64,000 nt of DNA from the human T2T-CHM13v2.0 reference genome, Homo sapiens, in the NCBI RefSeq assembly GCF_009914755.1, contig NC_060946.1; one strand, written 5' to 3'. A program made the position numbers and the translations under genes. This document shows positions 12,001 to 26,394 of this stretch, piece after piece. The stretch's first letter is position 1, and the number at the start of each line of letters is the position of its first letter. Under the pieces are notes generated by a model that saw only the letters and a list, made by a program, of their open reading frames with translations, searched no databases and was not told the origin of the DNA.

Positions 12001-15000
12001 ATATCACAAAGAAGTTTCTGAGAATGCTTCTGTCGAGATTTTATATGAAGATATTCCCGTTTCCAACGAAATCCTGAAATCTATCCAAATATCCCCTCGC
12101 AGATTCTACAAAAAGAGTGTTTCAAAACTGTTCTGTAAAAAGAAAGGTTCAACTCTGTTAGTTGAGTACACACATCACAAACAAGTATCACAGAATGCTT
12201 CTTTCTAGCTTGTAGGGGAAGATATTCCCTTTATCACCATGGGCCTCAAACCGTCCGAAACGTCCACTTCCATATACTTCAAAAAGAGCGTTTCAAACCT
12301 GCTCTATGAAAGGCAATGTTCAACTCTGTGACTTGAATGCAGACATCACAGAGCTGTTTCTGAGAATGCTTCTGTCTAGATTTTATAGGAAGATATTCCC
12401 GTTTCCAACGAAATCTTCACAGCTATCCAAATATCCACTTGCAGATTCTACAAAAAGAGTGTATCCAAACTGCTCTGTCAAAAGGAAGGTTCTTCTCTGT
12501 TAGGTGAGTGCATACGTCATAAAGGAGTTTCTGAGAATGTTTCTGTCTAGTGGTTATGGGAAGATATTTGCTTTTTCACCGTAGGCCTCAGAGCGCTCCA
12601 AATATCCACTTGCACATACTACAAAAAGAGTGCCTCAAAGCTGCTCTCTGAAATGGAATGTTCAACTCTATGAGTTGAATGCAAACATCACAAAGACGTT
12701 TCTGAGAATGCTTCTGTCTAGATTTGATATGAAGATATTCCCGTTTCCAACGAAATCTTCAAATCTATCCAAATGTCCACTTGCAGATTCAACAAAAAGT
12801 GTTTTTCAGAACTGCTCTATCAAAAGAAAGATCCACCTCTGTTAGCTGAGTTCACACATCCAAACAAGTTTATGAGAATGCTTCTGTCTAGTTTTTATTT
12901 GAAGATATTTCCTTTCTCACCATAGACCTGAAAGCTGTCCTAATGTTCACTTCCAGATACTACAGAAAGAGTGTTTAAAAACTGCTGTACGAAAGGGAAT
13001 GTTCAACTCTGTGACTTGAATGCACACATCACAAAGAAGTTTCTGAGGATGCTGCTGTCTACTTTTTATACGTAATCCCGTTTCCAACGAAATCCTCCAA
13101 GCTATCCAAATATCTACTTGCAGATTCCACAGAAAGACTGTTTCAAAACTGCTCTGTCAATAGAAAGGTTCAACTCTGTTAGCTGCGTGCATATATCCCA
13201 AAGAAGTTTCTGAGATTGCTTCTGTCTAGTTTTTATGGGAAGATATTTCCCTTTTCACCGTAGGTGTCAAGGCGCTCCAAATGTCCACTTCCAGATACTA
13301 CAAAAAGAGTGTTTCAAACCTACTCTGTGAAAGCGAATATTCAACTCTGTGACTTGAATGCACATATCACAAAGAAGTTTCTGAGAATGCTTCTGTCGAG
13401 ATTTTATATGAAGATATTCCCGTTTCCAACGAAATCCTGAAATCTATCCAAATATCCCCTCGCAGATTCTACAAAAAGAGTGTTTCAAAACTGCTCTGTA
13501 AAAAGAAAGGTTCAACTCTGTTAGTTGAGTACACACATCACAAACAAGTTTCACAGAATGCTTCTTTCTAGCTTGTAGGGGAAGATATTCCCTTTATCAC
13601 CATGGGCCTCCAACCGTCCGAAACATCCACTTCCATATACTACAAAAAGAGCGTTTGAAACCTGCTCTATGAAAGGCAATGTTCAACTCTGTGACTTGAA
13701 TGCAGACATCACAGAGCAGTTTCTGAGAATGCTTCTGTCTAGATTTTATAGGAAGATATTCCCGTTTCCAACGAAATCTTCACAGCTATCCAAATATCCA
13801 CTTGCAGATTCTACAAAAAGAGTGTATCAAAACTGCTCTGTCAAAAGGAAGGTTCTTCTCTGTTAGGTGAGTGCATACGTCATAAAGGAGTTTCTGAGAA
13901 TGTTTCTGTCTAGTGGTTATGGGAAGATATTTGCTTTTTCACCGTAGGCCTCAGAGCGCTCCAAATATCCACTTGCACATACTACAAAAAGAGTGCCTCA
14001 AAGCTGCTCTCTGAAACGGAATGTTCAACTCTATGAGTTGAATGCAAACATCACAAAGACGTTTCTGAGAATGCTTCTGTCTAGATTTGATATGAAGATA
14101 TTCCCGTTTCCAACGAAATCTTCAAATCTATCCAAATGTCCACTTGCAGATTCAACAAAAAGTGTTTTTCAGAACTGCTCTATCAAAAGAAAGATCCACC
14201 TCTGTTAGCTGAGTTCACACATCACAAACAAGTTTATGAGAATGCTTCTGTCTAGTTTTTATTTGAAGATATTTCCTTTCTCACCATAGACCTGAAAGCT
14301 GTCCTAATGTTCACTTCCAGATACTACAGAAAGAGTGTTTAAAAACTGCTGTACGAAAGGGAATGTTCAACTCTGTGACTTGAATGCACACATCACAAAG
14401 AAGTTTCTGAGGATGCTGCTGTCTACTTTTTATACGTAATCCCGTTTCCAACGAAATCCTCCAAGCTATCCAAATATCCACTTGCAGATTCCACAGAAAG
14501 ACTGTTTCAAAACTGCTCTGTCAATAGAAAGGTTCAACTCTGTTAGCTGCGTGCATATATCCCAAAGAAGATTCTGAGATTGCTTCTGTCTAGTTTTTAT
14601 GGGAAGATATTTCCCTTTTCACCGTAGGCGTCAAGGCGCTCCAAATGTCCACTTCCAGATACTACAAAAAGAGTGTTTCAAACCTACTCTGTGAAAGGGA
14701 ATATTCAACTCTGTGACTTGAATGCACATATCACAAAGAAGTTTCTGAGAATGCTTCTGTCGAGATTTTATATGAAGATATTCCCGTTTCCAACGAAATC
14801 CTGAAATCTATCCAAATATCCCCTCGCAGATTCTACAAAAAGAGTGTTTCAAAACTGCTCTGTAAAAAGAAAGGTTCAACTCTGTTAGTTGAGTACACAC
14901 ATCACAAACAAGTTTCACAGAATGCTTCTTTCTAGCTTGTAGGGGAAGATATTCCCTTTATCACCATGGTCCTCAAACCGTCCGAAACGTCCACTTCCAT

Positions 15001-18000
15001 ATACTACAAAAAGAGCGTTTCAAACCTGCTCTAGGAAAGGCAATGTTCAACTCTGTGACTTGAATGCAGACATCACAGAACAGTTTCTGAGAATGCTTCT
15101 GTCTAGATTTTATAGGAAGATATTCCCGTTTCCAACGAAATCTTCACAGCTATCCAAATATCCACTTGCAGATTCTACAAAAAGAGTGTATCAAAACTGC
15201 TCTGTCAAAAGGAAGGTTCTTCTCTGTTAGGTGAGTGCATACGTCATAAAGGAGTTTCTGAGAATGTTTCTGTCTAGTGGTTATGGGAAGATATTTGCTT
15301 TTTCACCGTAGGCCTCAGAGCGCTCCAAATATCCACTTGCACATACTACAAAAAGAGTGCCTCAAAGCTGCTCTCTGAAACGGAATGTTCAACTCTATGA
15401 GTTGAATGCAAACATCACAAAGACGTTTCTGAGAATGCTTCTGTCTAGATTTGATATGAAGATATTCCCGTTTCCAACGAAATCTTCAAATCTATCCAAA
15501 TGTCCACTTGCAGATTCAACAAAAAGTGTTTTTCAGAACTGCTCTATCAAAAGAAAGATCCACCTCTGTTAGCTGAGTTCACACATCACAAACAAGTTTA
15601 TGAGAATGCTTCTGTCTAGTTTTTATTTGAAGATATTTCCTTTCTCACCATAGACCTGAAAGCTGTCCTAATGTTCACTTCCAGATACTACAGAAAGAGT
15701 GTTTCAAAACTGCTGTACGAAAGGGAATGTTCAACTCTGTGACTTGAATGCACACATCACAAAGAAGTTTCTGAGGATGCTGCTGTCTACTTTTTATACG
15801 TAATCCCGTTTCCAACGAAATCCTCCAAGCTATCCAAATATCCACTTGCAGATTCCACAGAAAGACTGTTTCAAAACTGCTCTGTCAATAGAAAGGTTCA
15901 ACTCTGTTAGCTGCGTGCATATATCCCAAAGAAGATTCTGAGATTGCTTCTGTCTAGTTTTTATGGGAAGATATTTCCCTTTTCACCGTAGGCGTCAAGG
16001 CGCTCCAAATGTCCACTTCCAGATACTACAAAAAGAGTGTTTCAAACCTACTCTGTGAAAGCGAATATTCAACTCTGTGACTTGAATGCACATATCACAA
16101 AGAAGTTTCTGAGAATGCTTCTGTCGAGATTTTATATGAAGATATTCCCGTTTCCAACGAAATCCTGAAATCTATCCAAATATCCCCTCGCAGATTCTAC
16201 AAAAAGAGTGTTTCAAAACTGCTCTGTAAAAAGAAAGGTTCAACTCTGTTAGTTGAGTACACACATCACAAACAAGTTTCACAGAATGCTTCTTTCTAGC
16301 TTGTAGGGGAAGATATTCCCTTTATCACCATGGGCCTCCAACCGTCCGAAACGTCCACTTCCATATACTACCAAAAGAGCGTTTCAAACCTGCTCTAGGA
16401 AAGGCAATGTTCAACTCTGTGACTTGAATGCAGACATCACAGAGCAGTTTCTGAGAATGCTTCTGTCTAGATTTTATAGGAAGATATTCCCGTTTCCAAC
16501 GAAATCTTCACAGCTATCCAAATATCCACTTGCAGATTCTACAAAAAGAGTGTATCAAAACTGCTCTGTCAAAAGGAAGGTTCTTCTCTGTTAGGTGAGT
16601 GCATACGTCATAAAGGAGTTTCTGAGAATGTTTCTGTCTAGTGGTTATGGGAAGATATTTGCTTTTTCACCGTAGGCCTCAGAGCACTCCAAATATCCAC
16701 TTGCACATACTACAAAAAGAGTGCCTCAAAGCTGCTCTCTGAAACGGAATGTTCAACTCTATGAGTTGAATGCAAACATCACAAAGACGTTTCTGAGAAT
16801 GCTTCTGTCTAGATTTGATATGAAGATATTCCCGTTTCCAACGAAATCTTCAAATCTATCCAAATGTCCACTTGCAGATTCAACAAAAAGTGTTTTTCAG
16901 AACTGCTCTATCAAAAGAAAGATCCACCTCTGTTAGCTGAGTTCACACATCACAAACAAGTTTATGAGAATGCTTCTGTCTAGTTTTTATTTGAAGATAT
17001 TTCCTTTCTCACCATAGACCTGAAAGCTGTCCTAATGTTCACTTCCAGATACTACAGAAAGAGTGTTTAAAAACTGCTGTACGAAAGGGAATGTTCAACT
17101 CTGTGACTTGAATGCACACATCACAAAGAAGTTTCTGAGGATGCTGCTGTCTACTTTTTATACGTAATCCCGTTTCCAACGAAATCCTCCAAGCTATCCA
17201 AATATCCACTTGCAGATTCCACAGAAAGACTGTTTCAAAACTGCTCTGTCAATAGAAAGGTTCAACTCTGTTAGCTGCGTGCATATATCCCAAAGAAGAT
17301 TCTGAGATTGCTTCTGTCTAGTTTTTATGGGAAGATATTTCCCTTTTCACCGTAGGCGTCAAGGCGCTCCAAATGTCCACTTCCAGATACTACAAAAAGA
17401 GTGTTTCAAACCTACTCTGTGAAAGGGAATATTCAACTCTGTGACTTGAATGCACATATCACAAAGAAGTTTCTGAGAATGCTTCTGTCGAGATTTTATA
17501 TGAAGATATTCCCGTTTCCAACGAAATCCTGAAATCTATCCAAATATCCCCTCGCAGATTCTACAAAAAGAGTGTTTCAAAACTGCTCTGTAAAAAGAAA
17601 GGTTCAACTCTGTTAGTTGAGTACACACATCACAAACAAGTTTCACAGAATGCTTCTTTCTAGCTTGTAGGGGAAGATATTCCCTTTATCACCATGGTCC
17701 TCAAACCGTCCGAAACGTCCACTTCCATATACTACAAAAAGAGCGTTTCAAACCTGCTCTAGGAAAGGCAATGTTCAACTCTGTGACTTGAATGCAGACA
17801 TCACAGAACAGTTTCTGAGAATGCTTCTGTCTAGATTTTATAGGAAGATATTCCCGTTTCCAACGAAATCTTCACAGCTATCCAAATATCCACTTGCAGA
17901 TTCTACAAAAAGAGTGTATCAAAACTGCTCTGTCAAAAGGAAGGTTCTTCTCTGTTAGGTGAGTGCATACGTCATAAAGGAGTTTCTGAGAATGTTTCTG

Positions 18001-21000
18001 TCTAGTGGTTATGGGAAGATATTTGCTTTTTCACCGTAGGCCTCAGAGCGCTCCAAATATCCACTTGCACATACTACAAAAAGAGTGCCTCAAAGCTGCT
18101 CTCTGAAACGGAATGTTCAACTCTATGAGTTGAATGCAAACATCACAAAGACGTTTCTGAGAATGCTTCTGTCTAGATTTGATATGAAGATATTCCCGTT
18201 TCCAACGAAATCTTCAAATCTATCCAAATGTCCACTTGCAGATTCAACAAAAAGTGTTTTTCAGAACTGCTCTATCAAAAGAAAGATCCACCTCTGTTAG
18301 CTGAGTTCACACATCACAAACAAGTTTATGAGAATGCTTCTGTCTAGTTTTTATTTGAAGATATTTCCTTTCTCACCATAGACCTGAAAGCTGTCCTAAT
18401 GTTCACTTCCAGATACTACAGAAAGAGTGTTTCAAAACTGCTGTACGAAAGGGAATGTTCAACTCTGTGACTTGAATGCACACATCACAAAGAAGTTTCT
18501 GAGGATGCTGCTGTCTACTTTTTATACGTAATCCCGTTTCCAACGAAATCCTCCAAGCTATCCAAATATCCACTTGCAGATTCCACAGAAAGACTGTTTC
18601 AAAACTGCTCTGTCAATAGAAAGGTTCAACTCTGTTAGCTGCGTGCATATATCCCAAAGAAGATTCTGAGATTGCTTCTGTCTAGTTTTTATGGGAAGAT
18701 ATTTCCCTTTTCACCGTAGGCGTCAAGGCGCTCCAAATGTCCACTTCCAGATACTACAAAAAGAGTGTTTCAAACCTACTCTGTGAAAGCGAATATTCAA
18801 CTCTGTGACTTGAATGCACATATCACAAAGAAGTTTCTGAGAATGCTTCTGTCGAGATTTTATATGAAGATATTCCCGTTTCCAACGAAATCCTGAAATC
18901 TATCCAAATATCCCCTCGCAGATTCTACAAAAAGAGTGTTTCAAAACTGCTCTGTAAAAAGAAAGGTTCAACTCTGTTAGTTGAGTACACACATCACAAA
19001 CAAGTTTCACAGAATGCTTCTTTCTAGCTTGTAGGGGAAGATATTCCCTTTATCACCATGGGCCTCCAACCGTCCGAAACGTCCACTTCCATATACTACC
19101 AAAAGAGCGTTTCAAACCTGCTCTAGGAAAGGCAATGTTCAACTCTGTGACTTGAATGCAGACATCACAGAGCAGTTTCTGAGAATGCTTCTGTCTAGAT
19201 TTTATAGGAAGATATTCCCGTTTCCAACGAAATCTTCACAGCTATCCAAATATCCACTTGCAGATTCTACAAAAAGAGTGTATCAAAACTGCTCTGTCAA
19301 AAGGAAGGTTCTTCTCTGTTAGGTGAGTGCATACGTCATAAAGGAGTTTCTGAGAATGTTTCTGTCTAGTGGTTATGGGAAGATATTTGCTTTTTCACCG
19401 TAGGCCTCAGAGCGCTCCAAATATCCACTTGCACATACTACAAAAAGAGTGCCTCAAAGCTGCTCTCTGAAACGGAATGTTCAACTCTATGAGTTGAATG
19501 CAAACATCACAAAGACGTTTCTGAGAATGCTTCTGTCTAGATTTGATATGAAGATATTCCCGTTTCCAACGAAATCTTCAAATCTATCCAAATGTCCACT
19601 TGCAGATTCAACAAAAAGTGTTTTTCAGAACTGCTCTATCAAAAGAAAGATCCACCTCTGTTAGCTGAGTTCACACATCACAAACAAGTTTATGAGAATG
19701 CTTCTGTCTAGTTTTTATTTGAAGATATTTCCTTTCTCACCATAGACCTGAAAGCTGTCCTAATGTTCACTTCCAGATACTACAGAAAGAGTGTTTCAAA
19801 ACTGCTGTACGAAAGGGAATGTTCAACTCTGTGACTTGAATGCACACATCACAAAGAAGTTTCTGAGGATGCTGCTGTCTACTTTTTATACGTAATCCCG
19901 TTTCCAACGAAATCCTCCAAGCTATCCAAATATCCACTTGCAGATTCCACAGAAAGACTGTTTCAAAACTGCTCTGTCAATAGAAAGGTTCAACTCTGTT
20001 AGCTGCGTGCATATATCCCAAAGAAGATTCTGAGATTGCTTCTGTCTAGTTTTTATGGGAAGATATTTCCCTTTTCACCGTAGGCGTCAAGGCGCTCCAA
20101 ATGTCCACTTCCAGATAGTACAAAAAGAGTGTTTCAAACCTACTCTGTGAAAGGGAATATTCAACTCTGTGACTTGAATGCACATATCACAAAGAAGTTT
20201 CTGAGAATGCTTCTGTCGAGATTTTATATGAAGATGTTCCCGTTTCCAACGAAATCCTGAAATCTATCCAAATATCACCTCGCAGATTCTACAAAAAGAG
20301 TGTTTCAAAACTGCTCTGTAAAAAGAAAGTTTCAACTCTGTTACTTGAGTACACACATCACAAACAAGTTTCACAGAATGCTTCTTTCTAGCTTGTAGGG
20401 GAAGATATTCCCTTTATCACCATGGTCCTCAAACCGTCCGAAACGTCCACTTCCATATACTACAAAAAGAGCGTTTCAAACCTGCTCTATGAAAGGCAAT
20501 GTTCAACTCTGTGACTTGAATGCAGACATCACAGAGCAGTTTCTGAGAATGCTTCTGTCTAGATTTTATAGGAAGATATTCCCGTTTCCAACGAAATCTT
20601 CACAGCTATCCAAATATCCACTTGCAGATTCTACAAAAAGAGTGTATCAAAACTGCTCTGTCAAAAGGAAGGTTCTTCTCTGTTAGGTGAGTGCATACGT
20701 CATAAAGGAGTTTCTGAGAATGTTTCTGTCTAGTGGTTATGGGAAGATATTTGCTTTTTCACCGTAGGCCTCAGAGCGCTCCAAATATCCACTTGCACAT
20801 ACTACAAAAAGAGTGCCTCAAAGCTGCTCTTTGAAACGGAATGTTCAACTCTATGAGTTGAATGCAAACATCACAAAGACGTTTCTGAGAATGCTTCTGT
20901 CTAGATTTGATATGAAGATATTCCCGTTTCCAACGAAATCTTCAAATCTATCCAAATGTCCACTTGCAGATTCAACAAAAAGTGTTTTTCAGAACTGCTC

Positions 21001-24000
21001 TATCAAAAGAAAGATCCACCTCTGTTAGCTGAGTTCACACATCACAAACAAGTTTATGAGAATGCTTCTGTCTAGTTTTTATTTGAAGATATTTCCTTTC
21101 TCACCATAGACCTGAAAGCTGTCCTAATGTTCACTTCCAGATACTACAGAAAGAGTGTTTCAAAACTGCTGTACGAAAGGGAATGTTCAACTCTGTGACT
21201 TGAATGCACACATCACAAAGAAGTTTCTGAGGATGCTGCTGTCTACTTTTTATATGTAATCCCGTTTCCAACGAAATCCTCCAAGCTATCCAAATATCCA
21301 CTTGCAGATTCCACAGAAAGACTGTTTCAAAACTGCTCTGTCAATAGAAAGGTTCAACTCTGTTAGCTGCGTGCATATATCCCAAAGAAGATTCTGAGAT
21401 TGCTTCTGTCTAGTTTTTATGGGAAGATATTTCCCTTTTCACCGTAGGCGTCAAGGCGCTCCAAATGTCCACTTCCAGATACTACAAAAAGAGTGTTTCA
21501 AACCTACTCTGTGAAAGGGAATATTCAACTCTGTGACTTGAATGCACATATCACAAAGAAGTTTCTGATAATGCTTCTGTCGAGATTTTATATGAAGATA
21601 TTCCCGTTTCCAACGAAATCCTGAAATCTATCCAAATATCCCCTCGCAGATTCTACAAAAAGAGTGTTTCAAAACTGCTCTGTAAAAAGAAAGGTTCAAC
21701 TCTGTTAGTTGAGTACACACATCACAAACAAGTTTCACAGAATGCTTCTTTCTAGCTTGTAGGGGAAGATATTCCCTTTATCACCATGGGCCTCCAACCG
21801 TCCGAAACATCCACTTCCATATACTACAAAAAGAGCGTTTCAAACCTGCTCTAGGAAAGGCAATGTTCAACTCTGTGACTTGAAAGCAGACATCACAGAG
21901 CAGTTTCTGAGAATGCTTCTGTCTAGATTTTATAGGAAGATATTCCCGTTTCCAACGAAATCTTCACATCTATCCAAATATCCACTTGCAGATTCTTCAA
22001 AAAGAGTGTATCAAAACTGCTCTGTCAAAAGGAAGGTTCTTCTCTGTTAGGTGAGTGCATACGTCATAAAGGAGATTCTGGGAATGTTTCTGTCTAGTGG
22101 TTATGGGAAGATATTTGCTTTTTCACCGTAGGCCTCAGAGCGCTCCAAATATCCACTTGCACATACTACAAAAAGAGTGCCTCAAAGCTGCTCTCTGAAA
22201 CGGAATGTTCAACTCTATGAGTTGAATGCAAACATCACAAAGACGTTTCTGAGAATGCTTCTGTCTAGATTTGATATGAAGATATTCCCGTTTCCAACGA
22301 AATCTTCAAATCTATCCAAATGTCCACTTGCATAATCAACAAAAAGTGTTTTTCAGAACTGCTCTATCAAAAGAAAGATCCACCTCTGTTAGCTGAGTTC
22401 ACACATCACAAACAAGTTTATGAGAATGCTTCTGTCTAGTTTTTATTTGAAGATATTTCCTTTCTCACCATAGACCTGAAAGCTGTCCTAATGTTCACTT
22501 CCAGATACTACAGAAAGAGTGTTTCAAAACTGCTGTACGAAAGGGAATGTTCAACTCTGTGACTTGAATGCACACATCACAAAGAAGTTTCTGAGGATGC
22601 TGCTGTCTACTTTTTATACGTAATCCCGTTTCCAACGAAATCCTCCAAGCTATCCAAATATCCACTTGCAGATTCCACAGAAAGACTGTTTCAAAACTGC
22701 TCTGTCAATAGAAAGGTTCAACTCTGTTAGCTGCGTGCATATATCCCAAAGAAGATTCTGAGATTGCTTCTGTCTAGTTTTTATGGGAAGATATTTCCCT
22801 TTTCACCGTAGGCGTCAAGGCGCTCCAAATGTCCACTTCCAGACACTACAAAAAGAGTGTTTCAAACCTACTCTGTGAAAGCGAATATTCAACTCTGTGA
22901 CTTGAATGCACATATCACAAAGAAGTTTCTGAGAATGCTTCTGTCGAGATTTTATATGAAGATATTCCCGTTTCCAACGAAATCCTGAAATCTATCCAAA
23001 TATCCCCTCGCAGATTCTACAAAAAGAGTGTTTCAAAACTGCTCTGTAAAAAGAAAGGTTCAACTCTGTTAGTTGAGTACACACATCACAAACAAGTTTC
23101 ACAGAATGCTTCTTTCTAGCTTGTAGGGGAAGATATTCCCTTTATCACCATGGTCCTCAAACCGTCCGAAACGTCCACTTCCATATACTACAAAAAGAGC
23201 GTTTCAAACCTGCTCTAGGAAAGGCAATGTTCAACTCTGTGACTTGAATGCAGACATCACAGAGCAGTTTCTGAGAATGCTTCTGTCTAGATTTTATAGG
23301 AAGATATTCCCGTTTCCAACGAAATCTTCACAGCTATCCAAATATCCACTTGCAGATTCTACAAAAAGAGTGTATCAAAACTGCTCTGTCAAAAGGAAGG
23401 TTCTTCTCTGTTAGGTGAGTGCATACGTCATAAAGGAGTTTCTGAGAATGTTTCTGTCTAGTGGTTATGGGAAGATATTTGCTTTTTCACCGTAGGCCTC
23501 AGAGCGCTCCAAATATCCACTTGCACATACTACAAAAAGAGTGCCTCAAAGCTGCTCTCTGAAACGGAATGTTCAACTCTATGAGTTGAATGCAAACATC
23601 ACAAAGACGTTTCTGAGAATGCTTCTGTCTAGATTTGATATGAAGATATTCCCGTTTCCAACGAAATCTTCAAATCTATCCAAATGTCCACTTGCATAAT
23701 CAACAAAAAGTGTTTTTCAGAACTGCTGTATCAAAAGAAAGATCCACGTCTGTTAGCTGAGTTCACACATCACAAACAAGTTTATGAGAATGCTTCTGTC
23801 TAGTTTTTATTTGAAGATATTTCCTTTCTCACCATAGACCTGAAAGCTGTCCTAATGTTCACTTCCAGATACTACAGAAAGAGTGTTTCAAAACTGCTGT
23901 ACGAAAGGGAATGTTCAACTCTGTGACTTGGATGCACACATCACAAAGAAGTTTCTGAGGATGCTGCTGTCTACTTTTTATACGTAATCCCGTTTCCAAC

Positions 24001-26377
24001 GAAATCCTCCAAGCTATCCAAATATCCACTTGCAGATTCCACAGAAAGACTGTTTCAAAACTGCTCTGTCAATAGAAAGGTTCAACTCTGTTAGCTGCGT
24101 GCATATATCCCAAAGAAGATTCTGAGATTGCTTCTGTCTAGTTTTTATGGGAAGATATTTCCCTTTTCACCGTAGGCGTCAAGGCGCTCCAAATGTCCAC
24201 TTCCAGATACTACAAAAAGAGTGTTTCAAACCTACTCTGTGAAAGGGAATATTCAACTCTGTGACTTGAATGCACATATCACAAAGAAGTTTCTGAGAAT
24301 GCTTCTGTCGAGATTTTATATGAAGATATTCCCGTTTCCAACGAAATCCTGAAATCTATCCAAATATCCCCTCGCAGATTCTACAAAAAGAGTGTTTCAA
24401 AACTGCTCTGTAAAAAGAAAGGTTCAACTCTGTTAGTTGAGTACACACATCACAAACAAGTTTCACAGAATGCTTCTTTCTAGCTTGTAGGGGAAGATAT
24501 TCCCTTTATCACCATGGGCCTCCAACCGTCCGAAACGTCCACTTCCATATACTACCAAAAGAGCGTTTCAAACCTGCTCTAGGAAAGGCAATGTTCAACT
24601 CTGTGACTTGAATGCAAACATCACAGAGCAGTTTCTGAGAATGCTTCTGTCTAGATTTTATAGGAAGATATTCCCGTTTCCAACGAAATCTTCACAGCTA
24701 TCCAAATATCCACTTGCAGATTCTACAAAAAGAGTGTATCAAAACTGCTCTGTCAAAAGGAAGGTTCTTCTCTGTTAGGTGAGTGCATACGTCATAAAGG
24801 AGTTTCTGAGAATGTTTCTGTCTAGTGGTTATGGGAAGATATTTGCTTTTTCACCGTAGGCCTCAGAGCGCTCCAAATATCCACTTGCACATACTACAAA
24901 AAGAGTGCCTCAAAGCTGCTCTCTGAAACGGAATGTTCAACTCTATGAGTTGAATGCAAACATCACAAAGACGTTTCTGAGAATGCTTCTGTCTAGATTT
25001 GATATGAAGATATTCCCGTTTCCAACGAAATCTTCAAATCTATCCAAATGTCCACTTGCAGATTCAACAAAAAGTGTTTTTCAGAACTGCTCTATCAAAA
25101 GAAAGATCCACCTCTGTTAGCTGAGTTCACACATCACAAACAAGTTTATGAGAATGCTTCTGTCTAGTTTTTATTTGAAGATATTTCCTTTCTCACCATA
25201 GACCTGAAAGCTGTCCTAATGTTCACTTCCAGATACTACAGAAAGAGTGTTTAAAAACTGCTGTACGAAAGGGAATGTTCAACTCTGTGACTTGAATGCA
25301 CACATCACAAAGAAGTTTCTGAGGATGCTGCTGTCTACTTTTTATACGTAATCCCGTTTCCAACGAAATCCTCCAAGCTATCCAAATATCCACTTGCAGA
25401 TTCCACAGAAAGACTGTTTCAAAACTGCTCTGTCAATAGAAAGGTTCAACTCTGTTAGCTGCGTGCATATATCTCAAAGAAGATTCTGAGATTGCTTCTG
25501 TCTAGTTTTTATGGGAAGATATTTCCCTTTTCACCGTAGGCGTCAAGGCGCTCCAAATGTCCACTTCCAGATACTACAAAAAGAGTGTTTCAAACCTACT
25601 CTGTGAAAGCGAATATTCAACTCTGTGACTTGAATGCACATATCACAAAGAAGTTTCGGAGAATGCTTCTGTCGAGATTTTATATGAAGATATTCCCGTT
25701 TCCAACGAAATCCTGAAATCTATCCAAATATCCCCTCGCAGATTCTACAAAAAGAGTGTTTCAAAACTGCTCTGTAAAAAGAAAGGTTCAACTCTGTTAG
25801 TTGAGTACACACATCACAAACAAGTTTCACAGAATGCTTCTTTCTAGCTTGTAGGGGAAGATATTCCCTTTATCACCATGGGCCTCCAACCGTCCGAAAC
25901 GTCCACTTCCATATACTACCAAAAGAGCGTTTCAAACCTGCTCTAGGAAAGGCAATGTTCAACTCTGTGACTTGAATGCAGACATCACAGAGCAGTTTCT
26001 GAGAATGCTTCCGTCTAGATTTTATAGGAAGATATTCCCGTTTCCAACGAAATCTTCACAGCTATCCAAATATCCACTTGCAGATTCTACAAAAAGAGTG
26101 TATCAAAACTGCTCTGTCAAAAGGAAGGTTCTTCTCTGTTAGGTGAGTGCATACGTCATAAAGGAGTTTCTGAGAATGTTTCTGTCTAGTGGTTATGGGA
26201 AGATATTTGCTTTTTCACCGTAGGCCTCAGAGCGCTCCAAATATCCACTTGCACATACTACAAAAAGAGTGCCTCAAAGCTGCTCTCTGAAACGGAATGT
26301 TCAACTCTATGAGTTGAATGCAAACATCACAAAGACGTTTCTGAGAATGCTTCTGTCTAGATTTGATATGAAGATAT

Positions 26378-26394
26378 TCCCGTTTCCAACAAAA
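26378..26394 (-). promoter_or_regulatory. Disrupted CENP-B box (box 2; G>A at 26391, CpG transition in the essential TTCG)
   Basis: TCCCGTTTCCAACAAAA instead of ...CAACGAAA. Confidence 0.9.
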
